From a virus, in UHGV virus genome UHGV-1384413: DNA of 64,000 bases. One strand, written 5' to 3'. Below the pieces are notes generated by a model that was not told where the DNA came from, did not search any database, and saw only the letters and a program-made list of their open reading frames with translations. Positions 36,727 through 46,108 of the stretch are shown here, in pieces (the stretch's first letter is position 1; each line of letters opens with the position of its first letter). The position numbers and the translations under genes are program-made.

Positions 36727-37044
36727 ATGATCATGTTTATCCAGGCTAATAATCTTTATTTCTTTGATGGTCAGATCGTAGACGGCGTGGAGGTGGAAAT
36801 CACTGGGTGCCCTGGCGGTCAGGTTATGACTTTTCGGAATAATGCCTTTGATGATTCTCATATCGTTATGAGAATGGAAGTTAGTAAGCTGGATGATAAG
36901 AAAACATTGATTGACTATTCCGTCAAAGATCATCCAGACTACCACATGATCTATGGTGATTTGTGCATTGTTGACCGTGACAAGGTGAACGGCATTGTTA
37001 TAGCCATTGTGAACGATGTTTTCTCTGAGTATTCCGGCAAATGA
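36727..37044 (+). CDS. hypothetical protein
   Basis: ATG at M6 of track ORF with AAGGAG RBS. Confidence 0.5.
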   Translation: MIMFIQANNLYFFDGQIVDGVEVEITGCPGGQVMTFRNNAFDDSHIVMRMEVSKLDDKKTLIDYSVKDHPDYHMIYGDLCIVDRDKVNGIVIAIVNDVFSEYSGK

Positions 37045-37089
37045 TGCAAAATAAGGCCCCTGGCAGGGCCTGCAGCGATATAATCACAT

Positions 37090-37123
37090 AAAGGCTATGC
37101 GGTTGCATGGCCTTTATTATTTT
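37090..37123 (+). terminator. intrinsic terminator
   Basis: AAAGGC ... GCCTTT hairpin followed by ATTATTTT; approximate coordinates. Confidence 0.45.
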
Positions 37124-37169
37124 AGCGTTACAGCTGCCCCCAAGGCGCTTAAAAAATTTTTAAAGAAGT

Positions 37170-37198
37170 ACTTGCATCAAGCCCCACAATATGGATAA
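37170..37198 (+). promoter_or_regulatory. sigma70-type promoter, extended -10
   Basis: TTGCAT, 17-bp spacer, TGgATAATA. Confidence 0.5.
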
Positions 37199-37255
37199 TA
37201 AGAGTTGTCGAGGGGGCTATGCCTCCAATCATTAACAGAAACAGGAGTTAAAACT

Positions 37256-37540
37256 ATGGCTATTGTTACCGCTGGCGATGTAGTAGAAATGGAAGCAAAA
37301 TACTTAAAAGCGGGTATGCATATCCTACGGAATGATCAAGAGTTATTATTAACGATGGTCGACTATAATCCCGGCCAGGATTATCCAAGCATCGACTACT
37401 TTTTTGAGTATGTTGATGAAGAGTTGAAAGAGGATGAGGCCTATTGCGGTGAGTTCTGCAACTTCTTTTGTCCTGATGAGGTTGTAAAGGTTATTTATCA
37501 ACCTGGCGTAGCTTTCCCGCTGCACGCTATCAATAAATAA
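37256..37540 (+). CDS. hypothetical protein
   Basis: ATG at M18 of track ORF with AGGAG RBS. Confidence 0.5.
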   Translation: MAIVTAGDVVEMEAKYLKAGMHILRNDQELLLTMVDYNPGQDYPSIDYFFEYVDEELKEDEAYCGEFCNFFCPDEVVKVIYQPGVAFPLHAINK

Positions 37541-37595
37541 ACCTGGCGGGGCCGAAAAGGCCCCCAATTATGAAAATAAAGATAGGTTAATCATC

Positions 37596-37829
37596 ATGAT
37601 GGAACAAATTAAACGCGCCGAGGCTATTAATGGCAATGTGATCTATTCTGTCAGCAAAAACGAAAAAGGCGTACCATATGCGGCGGTAATAGTACAGCCT
37701 GACGGCGATTATTGGCTTACTGTGTACGGCGCGTATTCTTTCGGTCGTCCAGTGCATGATAAAATTTTGAAAGTAGCTAACCCTACGGGGAAGAATATCA
37801 CGGCAGAAAAATTTTTTGAAAATAATTGA
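37596..37829 (+). CDS. hypothetical protein (77 aa)
   Basis: ORF; weak RBS. Confidence 0.45.
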   Translation: MMEQIKRAEAINGNVIYSVSKNEKGVPYAAVIVQPDGDYWLTVYGAYSFGRPVHDKILKVANPTGKNITAEKFFENN

Positions 37830-37854
37830 CATGACCGCCTGAAAGTGTAGTATA
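37827..37854 (+). promoter_or_regulatory. sigma70-type promoter
   Basis: TTGACA, 16-bp spacer, TAGTAT; approximate coordinates. Confidence 0.5.
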
Positions 37855-37901
37855 TAAATCAAAGGGCAAGCCCCGCCAACCACAAAGAGGATAAAAAAAT
37901 C

Positions 37902-38081
37902 ATGGCTATTATTGCAAAGACCGAGATTGCAGGTTTAGATTCTATTCTCCTGGCATATGAGGAAGCTATAGAAATGTATGTGGTTTCCTATGGTGAGTAT
38001 ATCCGTGAATATACATCTATTGATCTGGCTTTTGAATGTTATATCCGCCAGGTAAATAAAGCATATGATGATTATCGTTAA
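37902..38081 (+). CDS. hypothetical protein (59 aa)
   Basis: ATG after AAAGAGGA RBS, downstream of the promoter above; not in ORF track; approximate coordinates. Confidence 0.4.
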   Translation: MAIIAKTEIAGLDSILLAYEEAIEMYVVSYGEYIREYTSIDLAFECYIRQVNKAYDDYR

Positions 38082-38172
38082 AATAGTTTGACAACAAACA
38101 ACTATCTAACAAAGCATAATACATAAGGTGGTAGAATGATCCGCCACCTGGAACAAAGAAGAGGTAAACACC

Positions 38173-38418
38173 ATGAAAAGCAATAAAGGTTATAACGGTC
38201 ACAAAAACAAAACTCATTGGAATGTAAGCCTTTGGATTAATAACGATGAATCATTATACTTATACGCTGTAGGCTTAATAAATGAGTGCGGCAATAAAGA
38301 TAAAGCGGCGGATCTAATGTGCTACAGATTAAAACAGGACGGAATCACTCATACACCTGATGGTTTCAAGTATAGTAAAACTGCAATCCGTGCCGCTATG
38401 GTAGGAATGAAACACTAA
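38173..38418 (+). CDS. hypothetical protein (81 aa)
   Basis: ORF with AGAGGTAA RBS. Confidence 0.5.
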   Translation: MKSNKGYNGHKNKTHWNVSLWINNDESLYLYAVGLINECGNKDKAADLMCYRLKQDGITHTPDGFKYSKTAIRAAMVGMKH

Positions 38419-38492
38419 AAGCACATAGCCGCCTTACCCTGGGGCTGTGGTAGCGGCCCCATGAATAAGGTTACTAACAAAGAATAGAAAAC

Positions 38493-38597
38493 ATGAAACA
38501 GAAATTAATTGATGCGGTAATCCTGGTTATTGCCCTGGGTATTGGCCTGATTGCAACCATGGCTAATATGATCTTGTCTTCCAACGGTATCGGATAA
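38493..38597 (+). CDS. small hydrophobic peptide (34 aa), tentative
   Basis: ATG followed by a single TM-like helix; weak RBS; not in ORF track; approximate coordinates. Confidence 0.25.
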   Translation: MKQKLIDAVILVIALGIGLIATMANMILSSNGIG

Positions 38598-38606
38598 GGT
38601 GGGCAA

Positions 38607-38822
38607 ATGATCACCAACAAAACAGGCAAAACAGAATTTTTACGCAACTTGCAGATCGGCAAGCCCGAGATCTGGTATTGCACTAAAACACCACGTGACG
38701 AAATGAAAGACTTCACCGCCACGCTGCAACGGGTAAAGATATCTATCACGCAGAAAAAAGCCTTGATAGTGGTTGAAGGTGAGATCCCTCAAGCCGTTGT
38801 TATAATTGAGCGTACAGCATAG
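38607..38822 (+). CDS. hypothetical protein (71 aa)
   Basis: ORF with AAGGTGGG RBS. Confidence 0.5.
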   Translation: MITNKTGKTEFLRNLQIGKPEIWYCTKTPRDEMKDFTATLQRVKISITQKKALIVVEGEIPQAVVIIERTA

Positions 38823-38913
38823 TTTAATTTATACAGATACCCGAAAATTAACCAACAAAGCATAAACAGGCGGTTACCGCCGCCTTAAACGTAGCAGAAA
38901 GAGGATAGACAAC

Positions 38914-39198
38914 ATGAAAAAGATGATCGCAGTGGTTGCCCTGGTTGTTGGACTTAATGCGCCTGTAATGGCTAAAGAGCTGGCAAAAGAGGTTGATCTA
39001 ACGGATATCCATGCCGTCAATCAAATCGGGGTTACTTATCGCTTATGCCTTGCCGCTAAAACTTTTAATGACGGTACAACAGAGTACTACGGATTCGAGG
39101 GTATCCGGTGCGGTGAGCTTGCTCGCGACCTTAAGGAAGATCCAGACCTGGAGGATCTGCCCATCACCGTAAACGGTAAAGCTTACGTAAACCGTTAA
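38914..39198 (+). CDS. predicted secreted protein (signal peptide)
   Basis: N-terminus MKKMIAVVALVVGLNAPVMA resembles a Sec signal peptide; AGAGGA RBS. Confidence 0.5.
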   Translation: MKKMIAVVALVVGLNAPVMAKELAKEVDLTDIHAVNQIGVTYRLCLAAKTFNDGTTEYYGFEGIRCGELARDLKEDPDLEDLPITVNGKAYVNR

Positions 39199-39343
39199 CC
39201 ATGAGAAAGATGATCATCACCTTGGGGATTGTGGCGGGATTGCTGGCGCTCTTTCCCCTTATGGTTAGGTATGTGCTGATCAGTGTTGTCCTGGTAGTCA
39301 GCGATCTAATGTTATATATTAACTCATTGTTTTAGGTGGAATA

Positions 39344-39535
39344 ATGACAGCAGAAGAAGTTAAAAAAGTACTGGCAGTACTACGTTACCATAATCATTGT
39401 AAGGTGAAGAATGATCCTGATTATCTCGATTCATCCCTTGAAGAGGATACACTACAAGCCATAAGTAACATGCAAGAATTGCTAAAGCGCATGACAGAGA
39501 AAAACCGACCGGACTACATAGGCGAAAAAATATAA
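39344..39535 (+). CDS. hypothetical protein (63 aa)
   Basis: ORF with GGTGGA RBS; followed by terminator. Confidence 0.45.
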   Translation: MTAEEVKKVLAVLRYHNHCKVKNDPDYLDSSLEEDTLQAISNMQELLKRMTEKNRPDYIGEKI

Positions 39536-39550
39536 TCCTTATTGACTAGA

Positions 39551-39579
39551 AAACAGGGCTTGCAATGGTCCTGTTTTTT
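39551..39579 (+). terminator. intrinsic terminator
   Basis: AACAGGGC...GTCCTGTT hairpin followed by TTTTTT; approximate coordinates. Confidence 0.55.
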
Positions 39580-39595
39580 GTTATACTTATTCCAC

Positions 39596-39640
39596 GGCAG
39601 GCACCTGGCGACGGGGGGAGACAATCACCGGGCCTGCCTG
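39596..39640. repeat. GC-rich element, copy C (inverted relative to copies A and B)
   Basis: Reverse complement matches 30623-30659 over about 35 bp; flanked by GGCAGGC/GCCTGCC inverted repeat. Confidence 0.5.
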
Positions 39641-39663
39641 TCATATAAGAACTATAAAAACCG

Positions 39664-39692
39664 TTGACATCTGCCAGGGGGTGGGGTAACAT
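39664..39692 (+). promoter_or_regulatory. sigma70-type promoter
   Basis: TTGACA, 17-bp spacer, TAACAT; approximate coordinates. Confidence 0.45.
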
Positions 39693-39746
39693 TTATCTTG
39701 AAGGGGCAAAAGTGCCCACACAACAACCAGAAGAGAGGAAAACATT

Positions 39747-40019
39747 ATGTCAAGCTGGATTAATCAAGAAGTCGAATCACGTTTTAATGCTATCTGGGAT
39801 CTCGTAGAAAAAGAGGACGGAACATCAAGCCCCTACCTCAACAATTTGGAATTCCATTTTGTGGAAGCGATGAACGCAGAACATGATCACGAAGGTGGCG
39901 CGGATGAGTTCGCTAAAGGTTATGGCTTTAACAATGCCAACGAAATGATCGAGTCGGTTGTACTCCAAGCCGAGGAAGATTATCAATTAAAAACGCTTGA
40001 ATTCTGCCGCCGCAAGTAA
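39747..40019 (+). CDS. hypothetical protein (90 aa)
   Basis: ORF with AGAGAGGA RBS. Confidence 0.5.
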   Translation: MSSWINQEVESRFNAIWDLVEKEDGTSSPYLNNLEFHFVEAMNAEHDHEGGADEFAKGYGFNNANEMIESVVLQAEEDYQLKTLEFCRRK

Positions 40020-40079
40020 TAAGATAATGACAAGGGCCGAAAGGCCCACTAATCAGAACCGCACAAAGAGGAAAACATC

Positions 40080-40343
40080 ATGAAACGTCTTGATCAGCTC
40101 AAATTAGTTCAATATATGGCTTATCGTGTTCTTGAAGTACAGAAAGGCAGCAAAAAAGAAGTTTGCGAGAAAGCGTACAAGATCTTTACTCGCAAAAAAG
40201 ACGATTGGATGTTACGCCAGACTAAAAAGGCTGACATCTTGGGGTACCTGGAAGAAGAGATCCGGCTTGAAGAACAAGAAGAGATCCGCCGTAGTGAGGC
40301 AGATTATCAGGCAGCTTGGGAAAACTGGATGAGCAACAAATAA
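40080..40343 (+). CDS. hypothetical protein (87 aa)
   Basis: ORF with AAGAGGA RBS. Confidence 0.5.
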   Translation: MKRLDQLKLVQYMAYRVLEVQKGSKKEVCEKAYKIFTRKKDDWMLRQTKKADILGYLEEEIRLEEQEEIRRSEADYQAAWENWMSNK

Positions 40344-40406
40344 TACAACAAGTTACATGGTCAGGGGCAATAAAGCCCCTTGATCACACAAAAATTATGC
40401 TATCCT

Positions 40407-40435
40407 TGTTGACAGAGATCGGCAGTTTTGCTATA
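40407..40435 (+). promoter_or_regulatory. sigma70-type promoter
   Basis: TTGACA, 17-bp spacer, TATATT; approximate coordinates. Confidence 0.55.
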
Positions 40436-40485
40436 TTCTTTTTGAAGGGCAGTTGTAAGAAAATTAACTAAGAGGTAAAAACACC

Positions 40486-40905
40486 ATGAACATTAAATCT
40501 GATAATCCGGCATATAGCTTTGATAACGCTTTTTGTCACGGTCCGGCGGCGAAAGGATTCGAAATCGATGGTAAACTAATTATTGTCAATGTTGACGGGG
40601 AAGAGGTTGCAGTATATCCGGTGGCAGACGTTAAAAGCCGTCTACAATGCCGCATCGATGTTACCGCCTACCAGCTTGATCCGGTCCGGGTAGTTGCCCT
40701 GGTCCTGGAAGAAGAAATTAAAGCAATGCACCACAGCAACAAGTTTATTGGTGACGCTCAAGATAATATGCAGGTATGCCGCTATAAAGTTAATGAAGTG
40801 CTTAAAGAGTACGGCTATAAGGATTTAATGATCAAGCGTGATGAAAAATTCCGCTACCGTAACGACCTGGCAAATCGGATTTTTGAAATATACGAATCAT
40901 TATAA
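40486..40905 (+). CDS. hypothetical protein (139 aa); last gene of plus-strand block
   Basis: ORF with AGAGGTAA RBS; followed by strong terminator. Confidence 0.55.
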   Translation: MNIKSDNPAYSFDNAFCHGPAAKGFEIDGKLIIVNVDGEEVAVYPVADVKSRLQCRIDVTAYQLDPVRVVALVLEEEIKAMHHSNKFIGDAQDNMQVCRYKVNEVLKEYGYKDLMIKRDEKFRYRNDLANRIFEIYESL

Positions 40906-40923
40906 TTTCTTAACTGAATTATC

Positions 40924-40950
40924 AAGGGGCTTAAAGGCCCCTTTCTTTTT
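40924..40950 (+). terminator. intrinsic terminator closing the plus-strand block
   Basis: AAGGGGC-ttaaag-GCCCCTT hairpin plus TCTTTTT; approximate coordinates. Confidence 0.6.
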
Positions 40951-41539
40951 GTCTGCTCTTCTCCTACCATAAACGGCCCTACCTGGCAAGTGGAATAATT
41001 GACTAGCCATCAATCCCACACACTGTATAAATATACATGGAAAATAACTATTGCATAATTTTTCATTGTGTGGTAGCAAGGCCATTTTTACCCGTTTTCT
41101 CTCCCAAAATTGCACGTAATGCCGCTATTGCACAAAATTTAACCTGATGCACATCTTCAACATCTTGTCAATAACTAAAAATCTTTATAAGTCATACACT
41201 TACACAACCATAAAGCCGTGTTCTACGTGAAAAATCGAGTATAACTATAGCCGCCAGATCTCAGAATTTACGTACGTTCACCATTCTATAGCCTGCAAAG
41301 TATTTATTCCAACCACAGAATAACGGAATAGTCAATACCTGCATAAAATAATTATTCGTGTAAACTGCATAACATAAATCAGCTCAGGTGTCAACATTTT
41401 TCGTAAGCAGTTCGAAATTGTCACGATAAGTTATTATACACAAAGAAATCTTTAGTCGTCTAATGGTTACTATACATTACTAATCTGACTGGAATCATTA
41501 GATGACTAAGAGAAAGATAAGAAATAATTAATAATGTAA

Positions 41540-41850
41540 TTGTTTTACCTGTAACAATAAGGCAACTATGCAAACGAATGGCATGGCGCGACGGAGTCGC
41601 GACATAATATAAAAGCAGTAACCATCACCCCCGTGATAGTTTTTCTGCAATCTATTACTCAGATCATAGTTGCCTTGTATTTAGTTAATCATGACATAAC
41701 AAGCAAGGCAACTATAGATCTTCTAATAGTTGCCCTGCTTTTATATTATGTCATAGAAACGCCCGAAGGGGTGACCTAGTCACCTGGCATAGCCAGCGAA
41801 AGATTATTATCTTGTTAATTGTTTTCATGCAAACGAATGTCATGGCTTAT
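41540..41850. repeat. iteron / inverted-repeat cluster (candidate origin or regulatory hub)
   Basis: 9-mer GGCAACTAT in alternating orientation near 41560, 41667, 41707, 41726; 18-bp perfect inverted repeat GACATAATATAAAAGCAG near 41601 and 41735; flanking direct repeats ATGCAAACGAATG(G/T)CATGGC near 41568 and 41826; small palindromes GCGACggaGTCGC, GGTGACctaGTCACC. Confidence 0.6.
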
Positions 41851-42596
41851 CATCTATGCGTGAACTATCCAGGCGTAAACAGTCTATGCGGGAACAATCT
41901 ATACGGGAACAGTGAGGCATGCAATAGTAACAACTGTTATTGTATCCGGTGTGTTGAGTATGCCCGGTGTGTCACTATTATGTCACATTATGTCAGACAA
42001 GTTTTTCTCCTCTTTGTCAAGTGCTGCATGAAAAATTTACAAACTGGTATGGTAGCATTTTTGCGGCCCTGTTTACATTCAGAAATGTATGTATAATCCT
42101 TGGTGTGTGGGCGTTTAGACGTCTGGACGGTCAGAAGTCCGCAGGTCAATATCTAATCTATTGGTTGCTAACTATATCCCACACAAATAGTAAGAAATAT
42201 AATTGTTATGTGCGTAAACAGTAACCCATGTTATCAATCCCTGTATGTATCGCCAGTGGTGCGCATAATGGGTATTATGTTAAATTGCCCGTAATGATAA
42301 CTATTCTCACAATGATAGGTATTCTCATTCATCCCCACAAGATAGATTGCAAATGTTGTGCCACTGTGTGAACGGCCTGGTCTATTAATTTGCCTCACTG
42401 CCTCGATATTTGAGAATTATTATAAAAATGAGAAGTATTCCCATTCCGTCCGCCTGGCAGCACTCCTGTAGGACAAGCACAAAATCGGGGCATAACTGAC
42501 CTGTTCAGATATTTCTGGCTGACTCTTCAGGTCTGTGTGGGAAAAGCCAACCTCTCCGGCGGCGGGGTAGGGGTCAATTAAAAAATTTATGCGGTG

Positions 42597-42652
42597 TATG
42601 AAACCCTCTTCAGGCAAGGTGTGTATTATGGTATGAAACCCTCTTCAGGCAA
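42597..42652. repeat. two perfect 21-bp direct repeats
   Basis: TATGAAACCCTCTTCAGGCAA twice, 35 bp apart; related CTCTTCAGG and CGGCGGGGTAGGGGT motifs recur nearby; approximate coordinates. Confidence 0.55.
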
Positions 42653-43411
42653 TGATATTTGTGGGTGTGATATTTGCTGGAAAGCCAGATATGACGGGAC
42701 TCCCGGCGGGGCAGGGGTAGTACAGACAGGGAAAATGTGGGGATGTAGTTGGGGAAATTGATCAGACAGGTAGAGTATGGAATATGTTATGAATATGTTA
42801 AATATGGAGGGTGAATATCTGTAGGATTTGTGTGTAAAATCAAAGACTTAAGTGGTGTTGTGGTATTTTCTATAAATAATTCAAGTTTAATAGGTAATAT
42901 TTGTCTCTATCCACTTTGTGTGGTAAACAGATTTAGATGAAATTGGTTTACAAGTGTATACATAATATACAAATTAAAGATACAAGAAACCCCCCTCCCC
43001 CTTCGGCTACCATTCACCTTTTCCTCTGACTGGTACTTAAACACTTATTCAGACTCTTCAGGTTATCACCCATATACTATATGGCAGTGACTGGTGTCCT
43101 CCGGCCCCTCTTTCGTCACCCGTCCGCTTCGCCAAGCTAATGCCATAGCCAAATGTTCGGTTGTTCACCCTGTTCACTCAGGTGTATCTCCATACCCCTT
43201 CAAACCGAAGAGAACAGAAAACCCGAATTACTCGGTAAAAGAAAAGAGAAGAACTTAATTTTATCAAGATAGGCAAGAATGTCAAGGGATGACTGCTCAC
43301 TAAACAAGCAAACAGTCATGTGTGGTAGGTAAGTGATTGTAGTGGTGGAAAATTTAGTTGAAAGATGTGTTATAGTGCTCCCAGCACTTTAGCCGGGCAG
43401 CTAATTGTGTG

Positions 43412-43627
43412 TCAGTCCAGAGGTTCATCCTCCACTTCACTGAAATCAATGTTCATGGTCTCTTCCCAACCATCGATCTCAGCACAAGAGTGAAGTTCTT
43501 TAGGGTTTACTCCCAAAGCCTCAGCAACAGAGTCTATATTTAACACCTCTGGCAGGTATGATTCATCAAATTCAAGGTAAATCAGGCCACGAGTGTTGTC
43601 AGCCCCACCAAATATTTCTATTTTCAT
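43412..43627 (-). CDS. hypothetical acidic protein (71 aa)
   Basis: ORF with GAGGAG RBS; last gene of minus-strand block. Confidence 0.5.
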   Translation of the reverse strand: MKIEIFGGADNTRGLIYLEFDESYLPEVLNIDSVAEALGVNPKELHSCAEIDGWEETMNIDFSEVEDEPLD

Positions 43628-43746
43628 GAAATCTCCTCTGGAAATGAGAGTGTGAACAGGGTTATACGTTCCAATATGATGGAATTATGCACGTTTGCCT
43701 CTTCAGGCCATGCTTTAGCATGATAAACTTATGTGGGCTCGGTGCT

Positions 43747-43959
43747 TCATAGTCTCCCACCTCTGAACTCTTCGTGCTCAGGCATAATAGAGAACCAGAT
43801 ATCTACGATGTCTTCCCACGTTAGGTCATCAGCCTCAGGATCTACCTGGAGCGAAGATGGAGAATCTTCAGAATCGAAGTTTTCCTCTTTCACTGGCTCA
43901 GCCAAGGGACATATGGTCACTCCTTTGGATGTCTCTTCAGATGCATGTGTGTTGATCAT
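43747..43959 (-). CDS. hypothetical acidic protein (70 aa)
   Basis: Minus ORF preferred over overlapping plus ORF on composition and operon direction. Confidence 0.4.
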   Translation of the reverse strand: MINTHASEETSKGVTICPLAEPVKEENFDSEDSPSSLQVDPEADDLTWEDIVDIWFSIMPEHEEFRGGRL

Positions 43960-44265
43960 GTTCCACCCGTGAGTATTCCGGCAACAGCTGCTATGGACGT
44001 GATGATCATCAGGATCACCACTAAAACCTCTGACAATGTTTTCATTGTGTATTCCATATTATCCAAACAATGTGTGGATATTATCACAGGAGCGGTAATG
44101 TGTCAACAGAAGCGCCGCGAGGGTTTGGTTAAAATCCGAGCGTATGGTGATTTGGGTCAAAACGGACGTGCGTTCTCGCTACGCTCGAAATAGAGAGTTG
44201 TTTACAGGCCGTCCTTAAACGCTCTGTAATAAGATTATCCATCTAAGGTATGCAATCGTGCACCA

Positions 44266-44295
44266 GATAAAGAAAAGGACGCCACAGAGCGTCCT
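44266..44295 (-). terminator. intrinsic terminator (minus strand)
   Basis: GGACGC-cacaga-GCGTCC hairpin followed on the minus strand by a T-run; approximate coordinates. Confidence 0.45.
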
Positions 44296-44319
44296 AGGTG
44301 CCTTAAATTTGATATTTTG

Positions 44320-44631
44320 CTATACCCATGAGGGCTTGTCCAGGTTGGAGTAACTGAAAGGGGTCAAAAGGTGACTGTCAAAATCTTTCAAACTGTCCAG
44401 ATCTTTTTCCTCGTCCTGACACCATCTGTGTCTACATTTATTGTTGTAGTGCATGGAATGCATAGCGTTCTGCAACTTAATAGGCACAAGTGATTCAGGA
44501 GTAGATAGAATTGTTGGGTATGCCAGGACTATCTCAAACAATGGAAACACATCGAAACTGAAGTCTATTTCTGCTGAGGTTGCTGGCATATAGGAGTATT
44601 TAGCTGTCGTTGTAGACATAATCCACCTCAC
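44320..44631 (-). CDS. hypothetical protein (103 aa)
   Basis: ORF, 4-nt overlap with upstream gene. Confidence 0.5.
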   Translation of the reverse strand: MRWIMSTTTAKYSYMPATSAEIDFSFDVFPLFEIVLAYPTILSTPESLVPIKLQNAMHSMHYNNKCRHRWCQDEEKDLDSLKDFDSHLLTPFSYSNLDKPSWV

Positions 44632-44960
44632 ACAGGCTTGATAATACCTTCACCGAATAACTCTTTATATTTAATCTTATCAGGATCCCACTCCTGGATA
44701 ATTTCGAAGACAATATCCAGCCCGGGGATAATCACTTCTCCAGTATCAAGTCTGGCAAGAACAAAACCGGAAGGTTGAATGGTTTCCCAGTTACGGCGAT
44801 CAGAATAGAATACTTCGAAAATATCACCAACCTCAATCCGTTTCTGTTGCTCAAGATGATCCAGGTTCTCTTTCATGCGGATGCAGCGTATTTTACGTGC
44901 AGGCCACAGGCCACCTGCATCACGTTCATTTAGCTCTTTTACAGTAATCGGCATTAACAT
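44628..44960 (-). CDS. hypothetical protein (110 aa)
   Basis: ORF in minus-strand operon. Confidence 0.5.
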   Translation of the reverse strand: MLMPITVKELNERDAGGLWPARKIRCIRMKENLDHLEQQKRIEVGDIFEVFYSDRRNWETIQPSGFVLARLDTGEVIIPGLDIVFEIIQEWDPDKIKYKELFGEGIIKPV

Positions 44961-45014
44961 CTCTGATCTCCTTCATAGGTAGTAAAAAGAGGGGCTTTGA
45001 GCCCCTCTTTGTCA

Positions 45015-45320
45015 TTATTCTACAGAGCGTTTGAACAGAATGTCTGCTTCAGACATGTGCTCAACCTCCTCTTCGATTTTAGCTCGACGTTTTTCAGCTT
45101 CGTAGCGGATATCGAACTCGGTAGCCACCAATGACTTGATAAACTTAGGAGAATACAAGTGATCCTGTTTCTCGACAAGAATAATATCCTTGATAGCGTC
45201 TTTCAGATCTTTAATCTGAAGCTGAAGTTCCACCAGCTCTTCAATTGTTTTACGGAGGCGATCACGCTCTGCAATGTCAGAAGGAAGAGAGGTGAACAGT
45301 TCAACTTTAGATTTAGCCAT
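45015..45320 (-). CDS. hypothetical coiled-coil protein (101 aa)
   Basis: ORF with AAGGAG RBS; charged heptad-like sequence. Confidence 0.5.
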   Translation of the reverse strand: MAKSKVELFTSLPSDIAERDRLRKTIEELVELQLQIKDLKDAIKDIILVEKQDHLYSPKFIKSLVATEFDIRYEAEKRRAKIEEEVEHMSEADILFKRSVE

Positions 45321-45348
45321 AGTAAGAGTCTCCTTATATTGTTTTAAA

Positions 45349-45600
45349 TTAGCGTTCTACAAAAATACCGTTCAGTTCGATAACCAGGAATTTCTGGTCT
45401 TCACTATCGTCACGTGCCAGCACCTCACAGACGTAACGGTCATCTCCGTCATCATCGCAGTCAAATACAAGGCTGAGGACTTTATCATGATAAACCTTCG
45501 CCACTACCGCCTCGTAAGTGTTGCCGATTGTGAATCCAAGATAGTCCCCGATGCATTTGACAACAACATGGTCGCCAGCATTTAAGTCAATCTTCGCCAT
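45349..45600 (-). CDS. hypothetical acidic protein
   Basis: Start moved to internal ATG (M23 of track ORF) with AAGGAG RBS. Confidence 0.45.
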   Translation of the reverse strand: MAKIDLNAGDHVVVKCIGDYLGFTIGNTYEAVVAKVYHDKVLSLVFDCDDDGDDRYVCEVLARDDSEDQKFLVIELNGIFVER

Positions 45601-45755
45601 TACTGTGCTCCTTGGGTGATAATATGGTATGTAAAACTTTAACCAGAGATGTGAATAACGCCCCAAAACACACAGATAGCGCTAAAACGGATAAGGCCAT
45701 CATTAAAGCTTCAGTAAAATCAGTCATTCCTCACCTCTTGTTAGTAACTATACTA

Positions 45756-46019
45756 TCATTTATCTTTGCCGTCAAGAACTTTTTTAAATCTCTCAGGAAT
45801 ATCTCCTGTTCTTAGATAGTTCATGACCTCACAAGGTTCCCACTTAAACTTCTTACACAGCAGGGCGGCTGAGATTGTCTCATTGCGAAAAGAAAGGATA
45901 TCAATATCCCACTCTGAGAACCCTAATTTCCGAAGAGTGGCTATAGAAATCCTCACAGCAACCCAACAAGAGAGGCACGCAACAAACGCTACTGCTACAA
46001 CCCACACCAAGATGTTCAT
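45756..46019 (-). CDS. predicted membrane protein (87 aa)
   Basis: N-terminal hydrophobic helix; AAGGGGG RBS. Confidence 0.5.
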   Translation of the reverse strand: MNILVWVVAVAFVACLSCWVAVRISIATLRKLGFSEWDIDILSFRNETISAALLCKKFKWEPCEVMNYLRTGDIPERFKKVLDGKDK

Positions 46020-46108
46020 ACAGCCCCCTTAATGAAATACAAGACATAGTGCCAAGGTCACTATCCCGCAAATAATTAACAGTGTCGTTGCAACCTTGGC
46101 AAGATTTA

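Noticed and set aside
41812-42617. ORFs of 65-94 aa inside the iteron and direct-repeat region
   Set aside because: Low-complexity, Cys/Asn-rich translation of repeat DNA, no RBS; region interpreted as non-coding
29850-43400. tRNA genes in the intergenic and gene-poor regions
   Set aside because: I looked for T-loop (GTTCGAATC-like) and acceptor-stem signatures in the larger non-coding stretches and found no convincing cloverleaf; a tRNA scan should confirm
43945-44193. Plus-strand ORF of 82 aa
   Set aside because: Opposite to the transcription direction of the block, no RBS; overlaps a possible small minus-strand TM peptide that I did not annotate because its RBS is weak
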